Source of the DNA: Balanoglossus misakiensis
Lineage: Eukaryota; Animalia; Hemichordata
Length of the DNA stretch: 64,000 bases
Assembly (NCBI GenBank): GCA_040954595.2
Contig: CM082588.2
Span: 4,714,156 to 4,778,155, forward strand
Direction of reading: 5' to 3'
Shown: one piece after another, positions 1 through 12,310 of the stretch
Layout of the letters: every line of letters begins with the position of its first letter
Numbering within the stretch: position 1 is the first letter of the stretch
The notes under the pieces: model-generated
The model's input: only the letters and a program-made list of their open reading frames with translations
What the model was told of the DNA's origin: nothing
Databases searched by the model: none
Made by a program: the position numbers and the translations under genes

Positions 1-3000
1 ACCCGCTTATCGCAGATCACGCCAACCGTAAAAGATTTACTATTATACATAAGCTAGATATTCATATTCTGACATATCATCGGGTTGGTTATTACAAGTC
101 ACGTGACGCAGAAAAGATTGTCAGCGTCCTTCTCATTAATAGTCGCTAGAAAATAGTCTTTTACGCCATGAAATTATGACACGTTTTTACGACAAGGAAT
201 TAGAGTAACGACTTTGTCATGTTCAAATCAACGCGAACTTCAATTTGGCCTGAACTTACAGTCGCAGCCTTGTAGTAGCATATATTGGCTATATTAAAGT
301 CAATGACCCACCTAGAAATAAATTGGAATTTTATGAGACGCTAAGAATTTGTGAGTGAGGTTTTCGCATGCTTTAACAAGCAGTCAGCCTCTGAGATATA
401 TGTTTTCGCACGCCGGGTCAGAGATAAAGCTTCACAATCAACATTTTTACGAGAGCGGCATGGCAAGTTAAATGAAAGATTGACGCGTGGCTTAAGCTGC
501 AGTGCTTATGGTCCGAGGTGTGAGTCACAGCGAGGTTTCCAAGACCCCTCTTGAACAACAATCACATGAACGTGAATTCGCTGAAATGCGTTTCTTAAAC
601 CCCTTTTTATTCCAACAAAATTGCCGTTCTGTTTCTTTCCCTAAGATGATGAATATAGATTGAATGAGACTACACAGATCATCGAATGAAAGTTTTAGAC
701 GATTAAATGAATTTCAAGTATAGTAGCTCTTTGAAATCAAATCAGTAAGAGAATTATGTCGCGTGACTTGGATATAGAGGCAGTTTTCTTCAGATTAAGA
801 CTAAAATAACCGTGTCTTTACGAATCAAACCTTCTCCTTTCATTTTCCTGTGTCATTTTAAAGCATGCCAGCCCTTCGCTTGTTTTGTACATAAACGCCA
901 CAGTCTGTCATATTCCGCGAAGCCAACTAATTGTGGCTTTTTTCTTCGCCCGACCCGCGGCAGTCTTGTCAGATCCCCTCGCCAAGGAGCCAGCGTTGTT
1001 TCAGTGATACAAATTGAGCTAATAATATCGGCTTGTCTTTATACAGTTCTCCGTGATTGAAGTATATCGCTGTGACCTCAGAAGAGAACGCCGACGTTCA
1101 ACAGAGCGTGCGCATCGACTCATCCCTTTTTATGACACACTGCGCCGGCGTACTGAAGAACTGGCAGACCCCTAGGAAATGTCCATAGGTGACATACTCA
1201 CGGGGGCTCCAAGTTCTTCATCGACTTGGTTCGTTACTAGAGGATCCACGCGATCAATATGAAATACTTCTGTATTTATCAAGCGCTTAATTAGGTCATG
1301 AACCACAAGGAACTGTGCAGTACATAATTTATTTTTCAAGTGCAGTAATCATTCAAAATCTCATAATGTTTTAATCTCGCTGATGTAACATCGAAAAACC
1401 GCTTTGACTCTGATATCAATGGTAGTATTCAAAGACACCAAATGTCATCATTACATCAATCGGAGAATTCGTCAGAACATAAAGACAACTACGTCTACGT
1501 ATTGCAATATCTGATTCGGATGAAAAATAGAGACATTAATTGATCAGCCGCCATGACCGGTGTGGAGAAGCTTCGGCTGAGATAATGAGCCGACTCGGTC
1601 AGGTAGTGTCTGTCCATCTTTAGGTAACCCTTGATGTCAGATGTGACGGTTGCTTAGCAACGTAACCGTAGATGGCTACTTCACCGAAAGGAGCGATCTC
1701 AAATGTGTCGAGTTCTGATAAATTTCCCCATTAGTTGCCGGAGAATGGATCATTCTTTAAGAGATACATCGTGTAATCAAAATCTTCAGTGTACTCTTCG
1801 GGTACCCAGCTGTCATGCGCAACTTGAAAGACAGGCAAGTCGGCGGCCATCTTTGTACATCTAGTTAGAAAAAATCGATTTACGAGTTATGAACCTCTGA
1901 GAGACCGGTCATCCACATGTCAAACCAAGTCAATGACCGTCTTGAAAAATAGATAATTTATACGTGGGAAAATGCGTTGGAGAATTGAGAGAAAAAATAT
2001 TAATCTTTTGAAACGTGCAAACGAACTTATCTACAGTATACCCTTCAGCGATGATTTTCTTAACACGTGTTTATGAATTTTAAATACAGAAGTTTCTCTG
2101 GCGTGTGTCGGTTAAAAGTATAACCAATAAATATTGATTAGTTCTTTTTAAAATTCATACAACTTTATTTTTGGCAATAATTGATCTTGTACATTGAGCA
2201 GGATATAGCGACTTTCCTTCCGCTAAAGTTCAAAAATTGACATTTTTATCTTACTTTCTCAGCAAATTTGCGTTCCCACGACTCGCAAGTGGCGAAAACA
2301 GGCCCATACATTAAAACTGTTCTCGCGCCGCCTCATCGTACGTGTTAGCAGGAATTCCCGCGTGGGACCTGGGTTATCAAAATTGCAATATCCGCCACTC
2401 GGTTCAACGGGGGCCTGGCGTGATCTTGTTGAGTAATTATTTCAGCAGCACGCAGCCGCCTTTTGCAGCGGTATGGAACGAGTTTTAAAACAGCGAAGAC
2501 AAATGACTTGACATAAATCATGCGCGTTTGGAGGGAATTAATGGAAAGCGAGAGAAGTGAGCGTGCGTGATGCTGAACCCCGGGTTACACGTCTCGCGCA
2601 TTGCTACACTTCAATGTGTTCATAATTGATTTCTTGGCGTCCTTCGTAGGCTTTGGAAGGAAATGGAATTGGTCTCTCAGAGCCAACCGTTATTATTTTT
2701 TGTCGAATGTGACCGAGACTCTTGTGATTTATGCATTTGGCTTACACACGTTGGAAATGAAGTAAATCTATTTGAATATATTCTGCTTCGAATCTCCAGA
2801 TAAATCCTTTTCTTACCCTTTTCAATAGCGCCTATAGCGAACGTTGTCAATAGCATTATCATGTACAGGTATACGTATGAATTCACATAGTACTAGATAA
2901 GTTAAGACTGTCAATCAATCAATCAAGAAATCATGAAATCAATCAATCAATCCAGAAATCAATCATCTATCTATATATCACTGTGTCAACGGCATTTCAC

Positions 3001-5559
3001 ATCGCTTATGTAATACATAGCCCGTCAACTTTTCATCATATTCAGTAATGGTCGTGGAAATTACTGTATTATTCAATACAATCTTCTGATGGCAAGCGTC
3101 ACGTCGATTTTCATGTGATACGTAGAGCATTGGCAGTGCCGCTACCCGACTTGGCGGCGTCGCATTAACGATTTACAGACGTCATTGTCGGAGGATGCGC
3201 TCCGGCCAATCGGGGAGAACCTTCAAGCGCTTGCAGAAGCACGACGCGACGCGTGCCCACGGGTAGTGGCCTTCGTGAAATACCGTCTGTGGTGGCAGAC
3301 CTTCCACCATCTTTGCAGAGTCACGAAGCATCCCTATTACTTAATTGGCATCAATGAAATCCAAATTTTGACTGTCTGTTGCGGCTTTAATTTCTAAACT
3401 GTGGTTAATACATAGAATAAAAATTGCTGGAAAAAAAGTTGAAATAAAAACCACATTTACATTATGTTAAATAAATTACCAGTCACCGTGAAATTGCGAA
3501 CGCACTGGCAATGAACTCTTGTCAAACTGACTAAATTCCAATAGGCGTTGAAGGTCAAGGTTTATGTTGAAGCAAATGCAAAGCTCTGTCGCGGAAATAC
3601 TGTGGCATTTTCTATTCCCCATAGGAAGCTCGGTGTAGTGAAGGGAGTAGGTGCGAGAAATTTGAGAATAAACTCGAGACGATAAATTCAATATCGACTG
3701 ACTTTCTGTGTTTTATGTCATAGAAGTTCAGCAGTGGAGATCCCTTTGCATGAACGTGGGGTTACGCTGCCCAAGTAAATTTTAATTACTGTAGGCTATT
3801 TTTTTCTCTCGATCGAATGTACCCGGTGGAGAAGAGACGGGAGCAGGCGATTGCTCGCAGAACAGACACGCGTCTCCCGCGTGCCAACGTTCCTTATAAC
3901 TATTCCTTATCCTGCAGAATTGCCGTTGAATGTTCTTCCGTCGTCGCCATGTGGTTGGCCAATTTCGACCACACTCTCTGGCGATGCCGACCGTGCATTC
4001 TCAAAGGGACCGGCTATACTCGCTGTCTCTGCTTACAAAGCGCTAACTTCTGGTGGTGGAACTAGCTTATACCCCCTACTGTACGAGGACAGTACAACCT
4101 CGAACAAGGATCCCCGAATTCGGCATATAATTGCAAAAAAAATTCAAAGTAGTAAGCTAGCACTCTGAGACGATAATGAGATCAGAAAAAGTGCTGAACA
4201 ATCGTTCTTGCTTCTCTAGGGGTTCTAATCTTCCGCGTGTCTTCCTGCCACATTGATACCTTTGAATGGGCACAGTGCGCGCTACTATGGCAACGGTTCA
4301 AGTTCTAAAACCTGGCAATGACAGAACGAGGAAGTAAACGGAAAATGACATCTATACATTGAGCGTATCACATTTTTTTCCGTACAGTGGACTTGAATGA
4401 TACAATTACGCTGTATATTTAGCTTGTGCTTTGACGTGCGTTACAAGATATGCATTGTATGGGTATCACGTATAGGTGGTCATATTGCTAAAAATGTCTG
4501 TGTGTCTCTGTCTCTCTCTCTCTGTCTCTTTCCGTCTCGCTCTCTCCGGGGTCGTTTCTTTTCTTGGATGGTCAAAGCACTAAATTTAAAGGATTTCACT
4601 TTCACTTAAGGTTATTATGACAAGAAGCACGTACAAAACTTCACAGAAAAGAGAGGGGGCATTTGCAATGATTAGTGTAACCGACTGGAGGAAACGACGC
4701 TGATATTCAGCGCCATTTGACATTTGACGACAGGGAAGACAAAAAATGAACATCTTTATTTCATTGGGTTCCTCTTCTTCGGGGAATGGAATGAAAAGTC
4801 GCGCCCGTATATGCACACAAGTTACCAGTAGGCAACAATGCACTGCGCAGAATTCACCAAAAAAATCTCAACCGAAAGCACAACTGCGTCATAGTCAACT
4901 ATCTTGGAAAGGCCTTTTCTTACACCTCTAGAGCATCTCTAGAAAATGATTGAACCGTTTTCAAGAACCCCGCTGATGCCCATGTGAATACCCTTTGTCG
5001 TCGAGGATTTTGTTGACATGCAGCGAGGGAACTGTATTGTAATAAAGACGTCATATCATAGATGAATCCAACGCTGTAATTTTTACCTCGCTTTGCATGT
5101 TATGAACTTTTCTGTAAAGAAGTATTGTATTTTCGCGGACTAATCAAACGTCGCACCACCGTTTTGGATTAACTGCCCCCAAATTCTCCACAGTCATTTA
5201 AGGTTCGAGGTATAGGCCTATCGTTTATAATTCTCTCTTTTTAAAATGTGAAATCGCGTATAAAAAGCACGATTAGATGTGGGCCTACTAAAGCACAATT
5301 TGTTTTTCCACCAAAGTGCAGCAGCTCATACAAGTGAAGCGTACCAGCTGTCCATCCGTGCATCCTTCTTCAGTTTTCGCGCAAGTGGAAAAGGATGGAA
5401 AATCCACGTTCACCATTTGTCGCTCGTACAATTTAAACAGATACCGCGCATGCGACGGATCAATAGTCCGCGGACCCTTATATCCGTTCTGAATCACCTA
5501 CTCGATGTCTCCTTGTCAGTAATTTGACTATTAATACGCGCTAACGGAGTCGACATTAA

Positions 5560-5810
5560 GAGTCGGCGAGGGAAAAGGGGGCCGGCTCGGCTCTCCCGCA
5601 AGCCCGTCGCTTTGTGCGTCGTTGCCACGGTAACGCACGCAAGGGCTGAGCCGGCAAGCCAGAGCCTCGGAAGAACCAGAGCAGTTTCAAAGTCTCCGGG
5701 GGAATCGTTATTCGATTGATGATTCCACCGCACTCTGCCGGCGTTGGCCGGGCGCGAGCTCCGGTGCAGTGACTGATTTTAACCCGTGCCAGCAACGCGG
5801 GTACATTGTA
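5560..5810. promoter_or_regulatory. GC/CpG-rich putative enhancer or promoter with an RFX X-box
   Basis: Local GC island; GTTGCCACGGTAAC at 5621-5634 matches the RFX X-box palindrome. Confidence 0.45.
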
Positions 5811-8800
5811 CACGCTGTAAAATTACGTGGGAAATAATCAAGCCCAGACCCAGGCTTCCATCTGTTACCGACTCACAGGGTAAAATTTAAAGATGAAGAG
5901 TGAAAATAGTGTCGACAGCGCTCAACAGAATGGCGAGGGCATTTCGATTTCTTCTAAATGTCAGATTAGGTTTTGATGACAGTTCTCCGAACAGGGTATA
6001 AGCTTATTTGAGAACGTTTACACGTTTTCTTTTGAGGCAGTGAGTTGTAACATTACTCCTTAGCTGTCAACTGGGCCACTGTAACCTGCCTATTAAATCT
6101 TACAAAATACACAATTATTAAATAATATCTTTACGTCACAAACCCGTCTTTATGTTCGTACACTGTACTTCCTTCCAGCTAAATTCACGTGTGTTTTGTT
6201 TTTGGACAACTCTCTAACCCCACGGGAAATAGCTACGGAAATGAATATAAACAAAGTGGTTGAAGATTTTCAATTTTTCAACGGCGCGAGGAAAATTTAA
6301 TCGGTCTGGAGCCAGAGAGATTGATGCTGTCGGCAACGGGAAGGTGTCAGCTACAAGTTGTAATTTCCTTCCGAGGTGTGACAATCACCCTTTGGCTATA
6401 TCACCTGCCGGATTTCGCATTTGTGTGTGTGTTTTGCACGTACAAATTGAAACTCGAGTTTATCGAGAGAACCCATATCACTCTGATCTTCTGGAGCAAC
6501 TCAGCAACAACAACAATGATCGGTTTAAACTTACTCATGACTCGTTGACAAACAGAAAACTGGTTGTGTAGTGGGATACTATATGGAGAACAAGAATATT
6601 TAATTGATACATAAAACAAAAACACTAAAGTTACATATAATGGCCCTTTAATCTGAAATAATGGTAACACGTGACGTCTACGTCACCAAGGGACGATGTG
6701 GACAACGACCCCTCAAAAATATCAGTTACCAGATTTCTTGATACTCAAACTTGTCGGGACAGCAATATGCACTTTAAGATTCCTATATTATGAATTATTA
6801 ACTGCAGTATAAAACGGATAAATATTTCATGTCTCATATAATCTTCGCCATCTTAGGGCTGGACAAATTGTGGGAACAGTCGCCGTCGCACTATCGATAA
6901 AAGGTTACGAAGACGTGTGCAAAATGATTGCATTATGCAGATGTATAGTATCATATCAGTTATACTGGTGAGGATTGGGAAATACTTTGTGCAAGCCGAC
7001 TAAAAATCAAATTACATCGAAGAGAAATGTGTGCATGTTCAAATTAATGTAATGTTCACTTCACTCACAGTTGCTGGCGTAGACATGCATTTAAAGTCCG
7101 AGAGCAACGCTGAATTCAAACCAACAGGACATACCCGACGTGCTGAACTTCAACACCGAGCTCCCACGTGGATTACAAGATCCCAGTCCCCGTCGCTCAT
7201 GGCCGAGTGCTACTTGTCTGTTTTCTGTTCTCCTCACGCCACTTGACTGCCGTTGCCGAGAGTCAAAAATCAAAAACCCTTACGTAATATTCAAAATACC
7301 CAGGTGTACGGCTACTACAGCTAACGCTATGTTAATGACGTACACCCTTATTGTTCATCCACCACTGATATTTAAATTCAATGCATTCGTAGTACAATCG
7401 TAACAGAAGGCATTCCATTGGCCTATGCGTTCATTGTGAAGAGAATGCCAGAGAACAAAATCTACAATGAATCGTTCAGTGTTACATACGTGTATATACT
7501 CCCCAAGCTATCAACGTGGTTATCACAACCCTACGTTCACAAGTTCAAGGTCGGGTAACAACTGAAGTTCAAATAACGTAGACATGAGGATTCGGCTTCG
7601 TGCATTGACCAGAGTGGTTTACTATACACATACTCACAACTCTCTCACATATATATTGTTTTATTCGCTAGAGTTTACACGATGAAAGTGAAAATATCGC
7701 AACAGTCTCCGATGTTTGGGCTGGGTTTTTACTACCTGATGCGCCCTCAGCGGTATAATGGGAATGAGGGGCGGGGTGGGGGGGGGGGGGGGGTTATAAC
7801 TTGACCAAACCAGAAATTAAACAAGTACCACAAACCTCATATTGCTTAGAAAGCATAGATAATGATATCCATACACGTGTGTGGTGATTTAAATATTCTG
7901 AACACAACTGGGCTTTATATTGGCCATTGACGCCAAATCACAGAGTTGTCAATATGATCGTCTTGTGACATTTTCTATGCAGTGATTTTCCTGTGGCTTC
8001 CGTTCAAGCAGTTCGTTTTTTCCAGAAATGTGAAGATTATTGAGTTGTTGTCCAAACAGACTGCTTGATGTCCCCAAATAAAACGCAAAACATACGGACG
8101 GAATCAGTATCCCTCAAAGACCTATCTTCGATCGCGTTGCGCGTTCGCAAAACGGAGATAAATAGAACCGTTGGTATCGACCGCTGTCTCTGACGCAAGG
8201 GTATTGATTAAGCGTCGCTGATCGATTGATCAATGATGCGGTTCCTATCATCAACTTAAAGATGTGTCAAGTACCATGCCCATCAACATCTCATTGAGAG
8301 CCGGGTCCTTTTACATGAATGTAGTCTGTCTTGCGTCAACATGACAATCTCAATTATTCCATACATAATATAAGCTGAAATCGGGAATTTGCTGCAGAAA
8401 TCCACGATTTTCATCCGACTTGAATACAAACAAGGAAAATGATTCTAGCAAATTCGAGAGAGCTCAGCTTATTTTAAACTGTTTATTATCAACGAAAGAC
8501 CAAATGCACCGCACAGAACACGGTATAGAGTGCAGTAACATAACCGTTGCCGAAAGTTGAAGGTCATGTCTGTGTCACGGCCACGTTCGTTCATCCGTTC
8601 AGAGGAAATATAATTCGTTAAAAGAGATGCCGTGTAGTAAATTTACGCGATGATATTATCGAGGGGTTTCCAGCAATTTTTCGTAAACGCGCATAAATAA
8701 CCCCTGAAGAATCTTATGAAAAGCTGACCTCGTCCAGTAGAAAATGTTGTGTTTAAACCGCTTCGAGAGTTTTTTCCTTCCAGCTAAAAATCTATAATTG

Positions 8801-8923
8801 TGGATTTAGTCGACACAACTATTTCTAGTACTCTTGAATCGTCGATCGTTCATTTCTGCAAGTTAAATTTCGATTTTGTTTGACGTACTGCTTGGCACAG
8901 GAGTCTGTAAATAAAATGAATAT

Positions 8924-8924
8924 C

Positions 8925-8959
<35 letters not shown>

Positions 8960-9018
8960 GACTGAGAGACAAAGAGGCAAGCAGGCAGATGAACAGACAG
9001 ACCGACAAACAGACAGAC
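8924..9018. repeat. (CAGA)n microsatellite, degenerate at the 3' end
   Basis: Visible cagacagacagac run. Confidence 0.9.
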
Positions 9019-11390
9019 ATCAGTATAACGATAATTGTCCAAGATGCTAGTTACATGGCGTAGATGGCGTACGAGGCAATTATATCCTGGACTGAAAGGT
9101 TGATTCTATCCATTTACGTGCCCAGTGGCATGCTGACGATGAAGGCTATTAGCGGCGATTATCATTAGTCGGTTTGATTTTACAAAGCGCGGACACACAA
9201 GCTATCCGCCGGGAGATCGACATTTACGTAAATCTACCGGGGAAGATATGCACTCCGGGAAGTGAATATATGAACTGAACTACATGTCCACTTGTCCAAG
9301 AACGCTCTAATGGCGATGGGCAGACGATGAACATGATAAAATATTAAAGATTTCAGGATTTCAGAGACAATGTATCATTAAGATATGACTCACATACCGA
9401 TGGGATCAATATGTCTATAGGGCAGCCATTTTGTCACGAATAATATCAGACATGTATAAACCGAACTTGAAATAATGAAGTATGTTATGTACTTATATAC
9501 ACACACACTCACATACACACATTTGGAAATGACTGCCAACAATTGAATAAATGTCACCATGGTTTGTTAATCAATCCTATTTAGTTTCACCGTGTGCGTT
9601 ATATTCTTCAGTGACAACACCTGTTACATCATTGAACGGCTGGTCGATTATATATTCCACACGCAGGAGCGTCACGAGAAACCATAACCCTGAAAATTGC
9701 TTTCGAACGATGTCGTCATCTCGTCTCTACTGTCTATCCTCGTGAAATCTTACAAAAGACGACATCATCTGTCAGTTGGCTCACAGATTATACTTGGACA
9801 GCCGCAGTGTTTCTGACATTGAAGTGACATTGGCCCATTTTATATCACGCTGTCGAAACACTGCTGGTATATTGTCCTTGGTTAGAATATCTCTAGATGG
9901 GTTATGTCACTCTATTGTACCAGGGAACTGATGGGTCTTTCGAACCAAGTTAATTATAGAGCCAAATTGATATGAATATATTACATGATGATAGTCATAA
10001 TAGCCAATTATTTTAATTACCTTTTTTATTACCTGAACATGATTATTTCTGAGGTATTAGTCTGACATCCGTTATCTAATAATGCATTAAAGTCATCCCA
10101 GGCAGCAAGGGGACCGCAGCCTAAAGGTACACTTTTGCTATACAGTTCAGACTGTATGGTTCTGACGTCACACACCCATTAAGCAGCGGATATTAAACGT
10201 CACTTTCATTCCATCATTCGTGAGAATGCTTGCATCGACCGACCCTTACATGACTCCAACAATGACTGTTTTAACAGCTGCTGAAGAGCTTTTGTCACGT
10301 GCCATAAGAGGGTGTATTTTACGCGATACATGTGATGGAGTGCTGCTCTGCATAAACATGTATGTATGTATGTAGCTACCTATGGGTATGCATAGGACTT
10401 GGATGGGACAGACAGACAGACATACAGACAATAGCTGAGTAGTAAGGAATATGTATCCTAAGCACAGTTACCCCACACTGGAGTGAGGCCACCCCTTAAT
10501 TTTGTAACGGGTCACACGGTCAACATTTGAAACCTTTCGAGCCGAGAAACTGGCGACCACGAATGAATTCGGTAGGCGATATCATTCGATTTCGTCTCAG
10601 TTCGTTAGCTCGCTTGAAGCGTCAACGATGCGCTGGAGCCCACAAGTCTGAGTGGAATAAAAATCGAAGGCCTTTCAATGACTTTTTTCTCAAACTTCGA
10701 TTTCTTGCTTATGGCCATGACGTTGTTCCGACTGTTTCACATTTAAGTCAGTCACACATGTTCTAGGCGCCAGAAAATGACAGTCTTGAAATATGATAAC
10801 AGGAGATGTAAACGAGCGAGATGATATATGAACGAGATACTCCATAAATTTAGGAAACGCCTATTGGTCCAAATTATGTCACCTGACACGGCCATTAATG
10901 CCACCACCGTAGGAAACACACGAATTGAAGTGATATGCTTGGTGATGTGAACTGTCAAGATTCTATTCATGAGTACGAATTTTATTTTTGTCTCCCTGCG
11001 TGAGATTATTTTCATCCCACATATGTACGAGGGTCAGAAAGGAGAGGAACCAGCGAAAGATCGATATCAAGCGAGAAGAGTGCCCGGAAATATACAATTT
11101 TGAATCGAAAATAAAAAAGTATCGATTCTTTCTATTCCAGTTACCTTGATGGGTCAATCAGAATGAAGATCTCCACGATATCTCTCTCTCTCTCTCTTCC
11201 CCCTCCCCCCTCTCTCCCCCCGAAGGTAGACAGACATGACATAGCAACTTTGCCTGACAAACACCTACTCAGAATCATACGTACGAAAAAAACAAGTATT
11301 AAATCTGTAGAGCAGCACACTAAAGCGAGAAGATTCTCGCAATACTCTGCAACAACCAGTTTCACATTTCCAAATGACGCAAGATGTATC

Positions 11391-11528
11391 GTTGCCTATG
11401 GAAACGACTGCCTATGTTTTCAGCGCTGAAATTAAGACTGAATCCTTGCATACCACTTCTATGTCTTAATTCACGCGCAATTATGGTAACGATATGGACA
11501 ATTTCGTCCCACTTGTTGCCACGGAAAC
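11391..11528. promoter_or_regulatory. Pair of RFX X-box motifs
   Basis: GTTGCCTATGGAAAC (11391-11405) and GTTGCCACGGAAAC (11515-11528). Confidence 0.45.
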
Positions 11529-12144
11529 GACTTTGATGATCTGACGGTAATTGTGGGTCTGTCATTGGCGCATCAAACCGACAATTACTGCAGTTTTATA
11601 ATTTCCGAGAGAAAAGAGGAGACTGGAATGAGATGCAAATTCATCTTTACTCTGTCGACGTTCTGCAATTTGCTCGAGGAGATTAGGCAAGGTTATAGAG
11701 GAAATAATGGCAATCTGACATAGCATTTTTCATCAATGTCAAATGTATGTTGTGTTTTCTGCAGGTGAGCTAGGAACTGCTGTCAGTTTTAGCTCACCTC
11801 TCGTGGCGACGCGGGATCTTTTCATTCCATTTACACACTTCATTGATTCATCAGTGTTACTGTTTACACCGGAAATCTCGACTGCTTCCGCTTGATAGCG
11901 ATGATTGATCCGTCGCCATATGAACGGTGAACTAAACTTGAAATCGTGATATAAATTAGAGTGCGCGGAACGAGAATGCACTTTCACTGTCAGTGAATAA
12001 ATCAGCAGGTTGCTGGGTCATTTAACAACGACGTAGAGATGGGTAATCTCTCATACACTTAGTATCGCCACATTTGCCAAATGCGAAATGGCAGAACCTT
12101 ACATGTTAGAACAAACTGCCCCTTTTAAAGATAAGTTAATAGAC

Positions 12145-12310
12145 GAGTGGGTGAGTGAGTGAGTGAGTGAGTGAGTGAGTGAGTGAGTGAGTGAGTGAGT
12201 GAGTGAGTGAGTGACTGACTGACTGACTGACTGACTGACTGAATGAATGAATGAATGAATGAATGAATGAATGAATGAATGAATGAATGAATGAATGAAT
12301 GAATGAATGA
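12145..12310. repeat. Compound tetranucleotide microsatellite (GAGT)n(GACT)n(GAAT)n
   Basis: Three abutting in-phase arrays that differ at one base. Confidence 0.95.

Noticed and set aside
1195-4168. Possible minus-strand 5' exons (ATGAAGAACTTGGAGCCCCC|GTGAGT near 1200; ATGGCG near 3950) and the 105-aa ORF at 3851-4168
   Set aside because: Too short or quickly stopped, with no recognisable protein similarity; cannot be supported from sequence alone.
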